From NCBI GenBank assembly GCA_964408495.1, contig CAYOZW010000001.1, positions 1 to 49,616 on the forward strand: a stretch of DNA of 49,616 nt, read 5' to 3'. Positions 27,611-36,423 of this stretch are shown piece by piece. The notes beneath the pieces are model-generated. The model had not been told where the DNA came from. It saw only the letters and a program-made list of their open reading frames with translations, and did not search any database. The DNA comes from an uncultured Eubacteriales bacterium. Lineage in GTDB: Bacteria; Acidobacteriota; Aminicenantia; Aminicenantales; UBA8522. Positions within the stretch are counted from its first letter, which is position 1. Every line of letters begins with the position of its first letter. A program made the translations under genes and the position numbers.

Positions 27611-28416
27611 TGAGTGTCTTCGTCCCCATCCTTACCATGACGGTCCTCGGATTTCTCTTTTCCCTGGGTCTTGTCCTTGCCTACAAAAAGCTGGCCGTCG
27701 AGGTCGATCCCCGGGTAGAAAAAATCAATGAGTCCCTGCCCCAGGCCAACTGCGGCGCCTGCGGATACGCCGGCTGCCAAGCCCTGGCCGAGGCTATCGC
27801 CGCCGGCAAGGCCGCCGCCGACAGCTGTCCGGTCGGAGGCGCGGAAACCGTAGAGATGATCTCCTCTATACTCGGCATCAAGGCTGGAGAGGTGGTCAAG
27901 AAGGTGGCCCGTCTCCACTGCCGGGGCACCACGGAGGCGGCTCCGCGCCGGAGCGAATATCTCGGCCTCAAGACCTGTTATGCCTCTCATCTGCTGGGCG
28001 GAGATAAGCTCTGCACTTACGGATGTCTGGGCCTCGCAGATTGTGTCCAGGCTTGCCCGTTCGATGCCATGGAGATGTCGGCCGACGGCTTGCCGCTTGT
28101 TATCGAAGAGAAGTGCACCGCCTGCGGGAAGTGCGTCGATGCCTGCCCGCGCAACCTCCTCGAGCTTCACCCCCTCTCCCAAAACATCCTTGTCTACTGC
28201 CGTTCCAAGGACCGCGGCGCGGTCTCCAGGAAGGCCTGCAAGAACGCCTGCATCGCCTGCGGCATCTGCTCCCGGGCCTGCCCAGAGGCCATCGTCATCG
28301 AAGACAACCTGGCCGTGATTACCGATTACAAAAAGATTGACCCGGAAAAAATCCCGGCGATCGAGAAATGCCCGACGCTGTCCATCGGCCGGCTGAAGAA
28401 GGACCATGAAGGATAA
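27610..28416 (+). CDS. rnfB: Rnf complex subunit B
   Basis: ATG 27610 overlaps the rnfA TGA. N-terminal TM, CGACGYAGC cluster, then several CxxCxxCxxxCP motifs. Confidence 0.9.
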   Translation: MSVFVPILTMTVLGFLFSLGLVLAYKKLAVEVDPRVEKINESLPQANCGACGYAGCQALAEAIAAGKAAADSCPVGGAETVEMISSILGIKAGEVVKKVARLHCRGTTEAAPRRSEYLGLKTCYASHLLGGDKLCTYGCLGLADCVQACPFDAMEMSADGLPLVIEEKCTACGKCVDACPRNLLELHPLSQNILVYCRSKDRGAVSRKACKNACIACGICSRACPEAIVIEDNLAVITDYKKIDPEKIPAIEKCPTLSIGRLKKDHEG

Positions 28417-28846
28417 CGCCACGGTCATTCGTGTGCAGGACGGACTAGCCTGGGTCAAGGTGACTCCGAAAGTGGCCTGCTGCGAATGCTCCGCCCGGGC
28501 GCTCTGTTCCGCCAAGCAAGACAAGGAGGGGAAGCTGACCGTCCGCAACCCGGTCGACGCCCGTCCCGGGGATGAAGTGGAGATCGATGTTCCCGAAACC
28601 GACTACAGCCGCACGCTGAGCGCGATTTTCGGGTGGCTGCTTATTGCTTCCTTGGCCGGCCTGGCTTTGGGTTATCTCCTTTCTCCGGTCAGAAGCCTGG
28701 AGCCCGGCATCAACGGCCTCATAGGGCTGATGGCCGGCCTCGGGCTCGGCGGCCTAGCCGTCCGTCACCGCTACGGGTCTGGGAAGCCTAATGCCGGCTG
28801 GCCGGTGATTATCGCGGTTCTCAAAAAGGGAGGATTTCATGGATAG
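28406..28846 (+). CDS. RseC/MucC-family (SoxR-reducing system) membrane protein
   Basis: N-terminal Cys motif CCECSARALC, two C-terminal TM helices, and a position directly after rnfB. Confidence 0.7.
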   Translation: MKDNATVIRVQDGLAWVKVTPKVACCECSARALCSAKQDKEGKLTVRNPVDARPGDEVEIDVPETDYSRTLSAIFGWLLIASLAGLALGYLLSPVRSLEPGINGLIGLMAGLGLGGLAVRHRYGSGKPNAGWPVIIAVLKKGGFHG

Positions 28847-29573
28847 ACGCAATTTCCTGAGATTGTTGCTCACCTCACCACTGGCCGCTCCTCTTCTGTC
28901 GGCCTCGCGAACGGAGGAACCCAGCTCCGCCCTCTACCTGATCGCCGACAATCCCCAGGATTATTTCCCCACGATTGTCACCGAGATGAAAAAGAGAGGC
29001 CTTGTCCGGGAAAATCGTTTCTCGCTCCATGGACCGCATCCCTTTGGCGGAGAGCTGAGGGCGGCTCTCATCCAGAGGGGATGGGAGTATGCGAGCTGGA
29101 CGCCAGCGGCGCCTATCAACCTGACTTTCCAGCCCCTGCGCCAGCCCGCCCCACCCTCATTCACCCTCATCAAGCACGGCCGGGTCTGGGATCTCCGCAC
29201 CCAGGAGCTCGGGAAGCTATGGAAGGACATGAACGGCCGGGGCTCGCTCTCGGCCTGCCTGACCGTCGCCACGTTCTCAAAACCCGTGCCCTCCTTTTCC
29301 CCGGGGAGAAAAGCGGCCGTTTTTGTCGACGGGAAAAAACGCGAGACACTGTCTCTCAAGGTCCATCAAGAACGCCGGTACAGAACCCTCGGCGGCGAGG
29401 TCCTGATCCGGGTCAAAAACGGCCAAGCTGAAGTCTTGGCGTCATCCTGCCGCCACAAAATCTGTCAATCGTCCGGGCCGGCCTTTCTGACCGGGGAACG
29501 GATTGTTTGCGCGCCAAACCATTTCCTTCTGGCTATCGATGGTCCCCGTTTTGTCGATACAGTCACCGGCTAG
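28839..29573 (+). CDS. Tat-signal protein with unknown N-domain and C-terminal NusG domain II (DUF1312)-like domain
   Basis: MDRRNFLRLLL Tat-like motif. C-terminal AVFVDGKK..VKNGQAEVLASSCRHKICQSSGP..GERIVCAPNHFLLAI matches the NusG_II pattern (CxxxxC..G..ivC.PN). Confidence 0.65.
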   Translation: MDRRNFLRLLLTSPLAAPLLSASRTEEPSSALYLIADNPQDYFPTIVTEMKKRGLVRENRFSLHGPHPFGGELRAALIQRGWEYASWTPAAPINLTFQPLRQPAPPSFTLIKHGRVWDLRTQELGKLWKDMNGRGSLSACLTVATFSKPVPSFSPGRKAAVFVDGKKRETLSLKVHQERRYRTLGGEVLIRVKNGQAEVLASSCRHKICQSSGPAFLTGERIVCAPNHFLLAIDGPRFVDTVTG

Positions 29574-30495
29574 GAAAAGGCTCTTTCTTGTCCTCTTCCT
29601 CGTCTCTTCGGTGACGGGTTGCCGGGCCCGTTCCCAGTGGCATGAATATACCATCCTCTTTTTTGATACGGTTTGTGATGTCCAGGTCTTCTGCCCGGCT
29701 TCTCAACTGGACGGGACGCGAGAGGCCATAGGCCGTGTCTTTTCCGATATCGAGGCTCATTTCTCGCCGGACAGGAGCGACTTGTCCTCAGCGCCGGTCC
29801 TCGAGCTTTACGCCACCGCCCGCCGTCTTCATGCCGATTCCGGCGGCTATTTCGACATCAGCGTCGGCCCGCTGACCCGGCTTTGGGGATTTCAGACGAA
29901 ATCCTATCGCCTCCCCGCTCCTAAGGAGATCGCGGCCGTCCTTCTTCTCGTCGACCAGGATGCCATCCGGGAGCAGTCCGGTTCACTCGTCCTGGGACCG
30001 GGGATGCGCCTGGACTGGGGAGGGCTGGCCAAGGGCTGGGGAGTCGATCTCGCCGCCGCAGCGCTACAAGACCTGGGAATAACCCGGGGATTTATCAATG
30101 CCGGGGGAGACCTTTTCTGCTGGGGAAAAAACCCCGCTGGCTCCTCCTGGAGGGTTGGCATCAAACATCCGCGCCGGCAGGGCTATCTGGGCGTCCTTTC
30201 CGTCAGCGATGTTGCTGTCGCCACATCAGGGGATTACCAGAGATACTTCGAGAAAGACGGCGTTCGTTATCATCACATCTTTAACCCACGGACAGGCTAC
30301 CCCGCCAGGGGCAAACAGAGCGTGACGGTCATCGGCCCGGAAACAGCTCTTTGTGATGGGCTGTCAACGGCCCTCTTCTCCAGCCCCGCTCCGGACGAGA
30401 TCCTGAACCGGTATCCGGATTATTCCGCTATCATCGTCGAAGAAACGGCAAAACTCCGTGTTCTGGGAAAATCTTATCCGCTCGAAGTCTTCTAA
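29539..30495 (+). CDS. apbE: FAD:protein FMN transferase (ApbE), lipoprotein
   Basis: Lipobox VSSVTGC. DISVGPL, LDWGGLAKGW, INAGGD, VATSGDYQRYF..YHHIFNPRTG are ApbE motifs. Start is uncertain (TTG 29503 in the ORF track; ATG 29539 preferred). Confidence 0.85.
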   Translation: MVPVLSIQSPARKRLFLVLFLVSSVTGCRARSQWHEYTILFFDTVCDVQVFCPASQLDGTREAIGRVFSDIEAHFSPDRSDLSSAPVLELYATARRLHADSGGYFDISVGPLTRLWGFQTKSYRLPAPKEIAAVLLLVDQDAIREQSGSLVLGPGMRLDWGGLAKGWGVDLAAAALQDLGITRGFINAGGDLFCWGKNPAGSSWRVGIKHPRRQGYLGVLSVSDVAVATSGDYQRYFEKDGVRYHHIFNPRTGYPARGKQSVTVIGPETALCDGLSTALFSSPAPDEILNRYPDYSAIIVEETAKLRVLGKSYPLEVF

Positions 30496-30552
30496 CTCCG
30501 GCGGCGTGCCTTTCCGGCGTTTATTAAGCCGATTTGTTTTTGCGACGCACCA

Positions 30553-31653
30553 TCAGATCTTCATGGGCATGATCACATAAGTGTAGCTGATCGCTTCTTC
30601 GAGATCGGGTTTCATGATGGCCGCGCTGTTCTCGTCTTTGAGCTCCAGGCGGATCCTCTCGGAACTGACCGACAGCAAGAAATCGAGAAGATATTGGGAA
30701 TTGAAACCGATTTCGATGTCCGCTCCTTTGTAGTCGATTTCCAGGTCGTCACGGGCCTCGCCGATTTCCGGGTTCGACGAGAACAACTTGAGATTCCCCT
30801 TGCCGATCGAGAATTTGATTCCGCGCGACCTTTCCGTTGAGAGCAAAGAAACCCGCCGGATCGCCTGGGTGAACTCCTCTTTCGACACCTGGAGGATATG
30901 AGGATTGTCTTTGGGTATGACCGCCTCGAAATTGGGGAATTTGCTCTCTATAATCCTCGATATGAGCGTCCTGTTTCCGCCCCGGAAGAACAAATTGTTT
31001 TCGTCGGCGTCAAACTCGACTCCCTCAAGGGTCATCTTCCTGAGTTCCCCAAGCGATTTCTTGGCCACGATGACCCGGATTTCCTCGTCTATATCAAGGT
31101 TTTCAACAGATGCCGATGTATAAGAAAGACGATGACCATCTGTACTGACCAGTTCCATCGTATTCTGCTTCAGGATCATAAGAGCCCCGTTTAAGTAATA
31201 TCTTTGCTCCTGGGCTATGGCGAAATAAACACGGTCTATCATCTCCCGAAAGACATCTCCGGACAGGTTTATCTTTTTTTCAAATTTTCCCTCCGGCACC
31301 TGGGGAAAATCCTCTTTCGGCAGGCAAAGGACCTTAAACTGACTCCTCCCCGAGCTGATCTCCATCATGAGATCGTCATTTTCCTCAAAGGATATCGTCT
31401 TTTCGCCAGGAAGAGATTTGACGATTTCAAAGATCTTCTTTCCCGAGACCGTCACTGCGCCCGGCTCTTCTATGTTCGCTGAAAAATGGGTCTTCAGCCC
31501 GACCTCAAGGTCCGTTCCGGTCATTTCGACTCTATCGGCCGTCGCTTGGACCAGGATGTTGGCCAGGATCGGCATCGTATTTCTTTTTTCGACGATCCCC
31601 TGCAAAAGCTGGAGTTCGTCGAGGACGGTTTCTTTAGCTACTGAGAATTTCAT
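30553..31653 (-). CDS. dnaN: DNA polymerase III beta sliding clamp
   Basis: MKFSV.KE.L...LQ..QGIVEKRNTMPILANILV and the three-domain length (366 aa). Immediately downstream of dnaA. Confidence 0.95.
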   Translation of the reverse strand: MKFSVAKETVLDELQLLQGIVEKRNTMPILANILVQATADRVEMTGTDLEVGLKTHFSANIEEPGAVTVSGKKIFEIVKSLPGEKTISFEENDDLMMEISSGRSQFKVLCLPKEDFPQVPEGKFEKKINLSGDVFREMIDRVYFAIAQEQRYYLNGALMILKQNTMELVSTDGHRLSYTSASVENLDIDEEIRVIVAKKSLGELRKMTLEGVEFDADENNLFFRGGNRTLISRIIESKFPNFEAVIPKDNPHILQVSKEEFTQAIRRVSLLSTERSRGIKFSIGKGNLKLFSSNPEIGEARDDLEIDYKGADIEIGFNSQYLLDFLLSVSSERIRLELKDENSAAIMKPDLEEAISYTYVIMPMKI

Positions 31654-31772
31654 TTTTCCACCTTTCTCGACCTTCTCTTATATTTTCTTACTTATTTATA
31701 TGAATACTTTATTTAAGAAGAAGAAGAAAAGCAATTGGAAATGTGTATATCATCGCTAACTCATTGACCGGC
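31654..31772. promoter_or_regulatory. AT-rich dnaA-dnaN spacer: candidate DNA-unwinding element / part of oriC
   Basis: Positions 31681-31740 are 12/60 G+C by hand count. TTTTCCACC (31654-31662) is a 7/9 DnaA-box match. The dnaA-dnaN spacer hosts oriC or its DUE in many bacteria. Confidence 0.4.
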
Positions 31773-33104
31773 CTACTGGATGAGGCCGATCAGATTGTTG
31801 ATTTCTTTGTTGAATTCAGGATTCTTCCGCCGAAGCTTCTGAATTTTCCGCACGCTATGCAGAACCGTCGTGTGGTGCTTACCGCCAAACTTTTTTCCGA
31901 TTTCGGGGAGGCTGGACTTGGCCATCTCTTTGCATAGATACATGGCGATTTGCCTGGGGAAAGCGACCTTGGGAGAGTTGTTTTTCGACTTGAGCTGGGA
32001 GAGCTTGAGTTTGAACTTATGGGCGACGAGTTTTTGGATTTTTTCCACAGATATAACCGAAGCCATGGAATCGAGAAGGCTTTTCAAAGCTTCCTTGGCA
32101 ATCTCGAGGTCGACCTTCACTCCTTTCAAGGAAGAATAGGCGATGACGCGGCGGAGATAGCCTTCGAGCTCGCGGATGTTGGAGTGGACCTTATCGGCGA
32201 TGAAAAGGGCGACGCTCTCGGGGAGATCGACACCTTCGACTTCGGCCTTTTTCTTGAGAATGGCGATGCGGGTTTCGATGTCGGGAGGCTTAAGGTCGGC
32301 GATCAATCCCCACTCGAAGCGGGAACTAAAACGGTCCTCGAGCTGTGGAATTTCCTTGGGGGGGCAATCGCTTGAGATAACGATTTGTTTCTGATTCTCG
32401 TAAAGGTGGTTGAAAGTATGGAAGAATTCCTCTTTGGTCCGCTCCCGTCCAGAAAGATAATGGATGTCATCCATTAAGAGGAGGTCGATGCTCCGGTACT
32501 TCTGACGGAAATCGAGGATCTTGCCGTACTGGATGTGATTGATCAACTCGTTCATGAATTTTTCTGTGGTGACGAAAAGGATTTTCATGCGGTTATGCTT
32601 GGCCAAGGCGAAGTGGCCGATGGCGTTCATAAGGTGGGTTTTGCCGAGGCCGGCGCCCCCATAGATATAGAGGGGGTTGTAGGATTTAGCCGGATTCTTG
32701 GAGACGGCCAGGGCGGCCGCGTGGGCAAACTGGTTGCAGCCGCCGACGACAAATGTTTCAAAGCTGTAGTTGGGGTTGAGGTTAGGGCTGAGCAGCGGCC
32801 CGTGCTGGGCCCGCCTCTCCTCGGGTGAGCGGCGGATGAACGGGCTGGGCGTTTCATCGAAGATGTACTTGATATCGAAGGCCTTGCTGAAGAGACTTTC
32901 GGAAGCTTCGGAGATCACCGAGGAATAGTGAAAAGAGAGCCAGTCGCGGAAGTAAGAGTTGGGCACCTTGATGTAGAGGATATCCTTTTCCTGGCCGATG
33001 TAGAGAGTCGGGTCGAACCAGGTCTCGAAGCTGTTCTGGTCGACCTTCTTTTTGACCGTTTGAAGGATTTGCTGCCAAGCGTTAGGTTTTTCTTTATCTT
33101 GCAT
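31773..33104 (-). CDS. dnaA: chromosomal replication initiator DnaA
   Basis: Walker A GGAGLGKTHL, Walker B LLMDDIHYL, and C-terminal DNA-binding helix GGKHHTTVLHSVRKI. Confidence 0.95.
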   Translation of the reverse strand: MQDKEKPNAWQQILQTVKKKVDQNSFETWFDPTLYIGQEKDILYIKVPNSYFRDWLSFHYSSVISEASESLFSKAFDIKYIFDETPSPFIRRSPEERRAQHGPLLSPNLNPNYSFETFVVGGCNQFAHAAALAVSKNPAKSYNPLYIYGGAGLGKTHLMNAIGHFALAKHNRMKILFVTTEKFMNELINHIQYGKILDFRQKYRSIDLLLMDDIHYLSGRERTKEEFFHTFNHLYENQKQIVISSDCPPKEIPQLEDRFSSRFEWGLIADLKPPDIETRIAILKKKAEVEGVDLPESVALFIADKVHSNIRELEGYLRRVIAYSSLKGVKVDLEIAKEALKSLLDSMASVISVEKIQKLVAHKFKLKLSQLKSKNNSPKVAFPRQIAMYLCKEMAKSSLPEIGKKFGGKHHTTVLHSVRKIQKLRRKNPEFNKEINNLIGLIQ

Positions 33105-33117
33105 AGCGGCGCATTAT

Positions 33118-33149
33118 ATTTCCACAGATAAATCCACAACTGTGGAAAA
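33118..33149. promoter_or_regulatory. cluster of three DnaA-box-like 9-mers upstream of dnaA
   Basis: ATTTCCACA (33118-33126), AAATCCACA (33130-33138) and the inverted TGTGGAAAA (33141-33149, i.e. TTTTCCACA). Matches to TTATCCACA are 7/9, 7/9 and 8/9. Confidence 0.6.
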
Positions 33150-33191
33150 CCTTCCAGGTTTGTTGATGGGGCGTCCGCGAAGGCGAGGGGA

Positions 33192-33220
33192 ATGATAGCA
33201 CTCTGAAAATCCGATTTCAA
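33192..33220 (-). promoter_or_regulatory. sigma70-like promoter candidate for dnaA
   Basis: On the minus strand: TTGAAA (33220-33215), 17-nt spacer, TATCAT (33197-33192). The DnaA boxes lie between it and the dnaA start, which fits autoregulation. Confidence 0.4.
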
Positions 33221-33461
33221 GGGGGTAAAAAAAAAGGCAAAAATATAGTCTGTCTCATTCCTTTGGGCGCAAGAAACCACCCTCGGCCCCCGCACCCCGG
33301 GGAACCAGTCCCGTCGGCCCCCCCATCGGGACGCGATCTTGGAAGGGGGTCCAGGGGGATATCTCTCCCCGGCCGCAAGACGCGGCAGCGGCCGAGGAGG
33401 GGAGGCACGGAGCGAAGCGACGGTTGGAAGGGGGAAGGCGAAGAGGGGAGGGGAAAGGAAG

Positions 33462-36413
33462 CTAGAAGTCGAAGCCGATCCAGAACTTGACTTCAAAAGA
33501 GCCGAACCCCTGGACGTTCAGGGGGTCGGAAAAGTCCGGCCAGCCGAGTTTCTTGGCCCATTCGATATGCAAGGGCAGCCCTACGAAAAAGAGGTGGATG
33601 CCCCAGCCGAAGGAGCCGAGGGCGTCCAGGGCTTCAGGCGGCAGGGAGGGATCGGAATAGTCATAGAATTTGGCCGGGTAGCCTTTGAGCCGGGAGCGGG
33701 TCAGGTCAAAGAAGAGGACTCCGCGGACAGGGCCGATCAGGCCGAGGATCGTGGAGGCGACATTGATCAAGGGCAGACGCAGCTCGGCATTGGCAAACCA
33801 GCCCTCGGTGCTGGCCAGGCTGTAGAAATAGGCGGACCGGACCTGGTTGTTGCCGCCATAATAATAAAGGTAGGGGTTTCGGCCCCGGCTGAGCCAGCCC
33901 TCAAAACGGAAGGCAAGAAGGGCGTCCCCTCCAAGGTTGAGGTACTTGCGCAGGTCGGCCTGGAGCGTGGTGTTGCTGAATGAACTCTGAGCCGCCGGGA
34001 ACGCTTGAGATACGGACAGGCGGAATGTATGGCCGGCGCGGGGGCCGTAGTAAGGACTGAAATGAGTCGTCTCGCCGACCAAGGACAGGGAGCAGGAGAG
34101 GACATTGCCGTTCCAGAAATATTGGTAGTCCGAAGAGCCGTACCTTCTGATCTGGTAAGGATCGAGGAAGCCTTCCTCATAGCGATAAAATCCCGTGTTC
34201 CCCTCGAGGCGGAGGTAGCGGTCGAGCGGATAATAGAAGCTGATATTGGCGCTGGTGATCTTGCGGTAGGCGATGGCGTCTCGATAGGTCAAACGGGAGG
34301 CAAGAGCGGGATCGAAATAGGCATAGGAGGGATAAAAGAATGTCGTGTATTCAAAAACGCTGGGCATGAACTGAAGGCGGTGCTTTTGGTTGAGGTAGGA
34401 AAAAAAGTAGGAACGGAATCCCCGCGCCTGATAGATCATGACCCGGAAATTGTGATCACCCAGGAGGTCGCCGAAGGCGAGGGCGGCGCCGCCGTAGATC
34501 GAGCCGTCCGTTGAGATGATGAGGTCGAGCGGGGGCCGCTGGGCGACGTAGAGCTTTTTTATGCCCTTGTAGGGTTCGATTCTATTCTCATCGATATCCA
34601 GGGTCAGACGCGGCCGGAAGGAAGGGAGGCTCCCGGGGCTTTCCAACTTGGCAAAGGAGACCCTGTCCTCGACGATACCCTGAAGCCGTCCCGAAAAGAT
34701 TTGGTAGGACCCCTTGTTGAAGGAGGCGAAAAAGATCCTCTGCGGATCGGCCGGATGAGGGGAGGGAAAGAAATTCCCGGTCCAGACGTCCGTGTAGCGC
34801 CGGACCTCTCCACTATCGAGGTCGACGGAGTAGACATTGAATGCCTCCCGGACATCGCTGACGAAAAAAATACGCCGCGAGTCGGTCGAGAAGGAGGGGC
34901 AGGTGGTGTTCCCCGGCCCGAAAGTTAACTGCGTTTTGAGCGAGAGGTCGGCCAAGGGCGAGAGGAAAAGCTTGTCGGTTTTATCCAGCCGGATCGTGTA
35001 GGCCACAGACCGGCCGTCGGGGGAAATGACCGGGGCCTTCTCGAAGAAATCGTCCTGGGTGAGGTTGACGGTTTCCCCGCTGCTGAGATCAAGACGGAAG
35101 ATATCGTGGGTTCCCCTGCTGAAGGCGGTGAACAGGATCGCCTGGCCGTCCGGGAAAAAACGGGGTGCGGAGGGACGGTCATAGCCAATTTTGTACTTCC
35201 GCCGAATTTCACCCTTCAGCGGATCGACGAGATAGAGCGAATACCTGCGGCCGTCCCGGGCGATAAAGGCGATGCTGTCTCCGTCCTGGGACCAGGCGAT
35301 GTCGCTCCCCAAAGACGGATCATACTCGTAGGTGATGTATTCGTATTCGGTGGTGAAACCGGGAGTGATATTCTTGATTACCGAGCCGTCTTTTGTCGAG
35401 ATGAGAACGAGATCGACCTCGTAATCGGGGACGTTGAAGGTCAGGGCGGCGACCAGGTCTCCGGAAGGCGAGACGGCGTGGGAGAAGGTGAAATAATAGG
35501 GGTTGCGGGGAAATTTCGGACCCAGGGGGATGCTGTAATCCTCGGGATTCTCCCGGAAGAGGAATTTCCGGTTATTCTCCCGAAGATATTTCTGGAAATC
35601 ATGGTTGAGCTCATAGGGCTTGATGTGGAAAGCCCGCTTGAGCGGAGTGAGCTTTCCGATGAGCGGAGAGTTCCGGAGCGCCTGCCAGAGGTCTTGGATG
35701 CCGTTAGGGCCGTAGCGGGAGGCGATGAAATCATAGAGGGCGTGGCCGAAATCGTAGGCGGGGTTGCGGGGCATTGGGAAGCGGGCCTCGAGGTCACCCC
35801 GCTCCGTCAGCTCGGGCAGTCTATCGTTGAGGACGGCATCCCGGACGATCATCGTTGACCAGGAGGACCAGTCCTGGGTGACGTACTCGGAAAGGCCTTC
35901 GAACATCCATAGGGGCGGAGCGTTTAAGGCATAGATAGATGCGCCCTGACTGCCCCAGAGGATATCGAACTGGAAGACATGGGCGAGCTCATGCTCGACG
36001 AGCCGCTGGAGCTCATCGATGGGCATGTCTCCATGGATCCCGATCCGGTGGAGAAGGGGTTCGCTGACGCCAAGGACACCTTCCGAGATATTGAACAGGT
36101 TGGAGAGCTCGAAATCGGTATAGGTCGTGTAATAGATGAGCGGGACGGGGTCGGAGAGCTGATGTTTGAGGATTTCGCTCAGCTTCAGGTAAGCGCTCTC
36201 GGCCAGCTCGGCGGTGGATTTGAGGAGACCAGGCTCGGCGGCATAAAAGTAAATGTGGAAGTGATCCGTCGAATAGCGTTGCCAGCGGAAGGTCTCGTAG
36301 ATCACTTTGTTCTTGCCGTAATAGGGATAGAAGAAGAACCGCTGGGCATAACCTCTCGGGACCAGGCAGAGGCCGAGAAGGAGTGCGCAGGCAAAACGCA
36401 GGCAGGGCTTCAC
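33462..36413 (-). CDS. chimeric outer-membrane protein: HExxH peptidase-like domain + PD40/TolB-like beta-propeller repeats + C-terminal Omp85 (Bac_surface_Ag) barrel
   Basis: Signal peptide. VEHELAHVF (HExxH). Repeated ..SPDG/SQDGD/FPDGQ..I.F.. blades. C-terminus ANAELRLPL..GVLFFD..GWGIHLF..LHIEWAK..FWIGFDF ends in Phe, as in beta-barrel OMPs. Confidence 0.8.
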   Translation of the reverse strand: MKPCLRFACALLLGLCLVPRGYAQRFFFYPYYGKNKVIYETFRWQRYSTDHFHIYFYAAEPGLLKSTAELAESAYLKLSEILKHQLSDPVPLIYYTTYTDFELSNLFNISEGVLGVSEPLLHRIGIHGDMPIDELQRLVEHELAHVFQFDILWGSQGASIYALNAPPLWMFEGLSEYVTQDWSSWSTMIVRDAVLNDRLPELTERGDLEARFPMPRNPAYDFGHALYDFIASRYGPNGIQDLWQALRNSPLIGKLTPLKRAFHIKPYELNHDFQKYLRENNRKFLFRENPEDYSIPLGPKFPRNPYYFTFSHAVSPSGDLVAALTFNVPDYEVDLVLISTKDGSVIKNITPGFTTEYEYITYEYDPSLGSDIAWSQDGDSIAFIARDGRRYSLYLVDPLKGEIRRKYKIGYDRPSAPRFFPDGQAILFTAFSRGTHDIFRLDLSSGETVNLTQDDFFEKAPVISPDGRSVAYTIRLDKTDKLFLSPLADLSLKTQLTFGPGNTTCPSFSTDSRRIFFVSDVREAFNVYSVDLDSGEVRRYTDVWTGNFFPSPHPADPQRIFFASFNKGSYQIFSGRLQGIVEDRVSFAKLESPGSLPSFRPRLTLDIDENRIEPYKGIKKLYVAQRPPLDLIISTDGSIYGGAALAFGDLLGDHNFRVMIYQARGFRSYFFSYLNQKHRLQFMPSVFEYTTFFYPSYAYFDPALASRLTYRDAIAYRKITSANISFYYPLDRYLRLEGNTGFYRYEEGFLDPYQIRRYGSSDYQYFWNGNVLSCSLSLVGETTHFSPYYGPRAGHTFRLSVSQAFPAAQSSFSNTTLQADLRKYLNLGGDALLAFRFEGWLSRGRNPYLYYYGGNNQVRSAYFYSLASTEGWFANAELRLPLINVASTILGLIGPVRGVLFFDLTRSRLKGYPAKFYDYSDPSLPPEALDALGSFGWGIHLFFVGLPLHIEWAKKLGWPDFSDPLNVQGFGSFEVKFWIGFDF

Positions 36414-36423
36414 GGGGACTCCT

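Noticed and set aside
26465-28548. Long N-terminal extensions of the rnfA (from 26465) and rnfB (from 27199) frames, and the minus-strand ORF 27412-28548.
   Set aside because: The extensions overlap rnfE and rnfA coding sequence and translate to Arg/Pro-rich nonsense. The canonical RnfA and RnfB N-termini begin at GTG 27035 and ATG 27610. The minus-strand ORF is antisense to rnfB.
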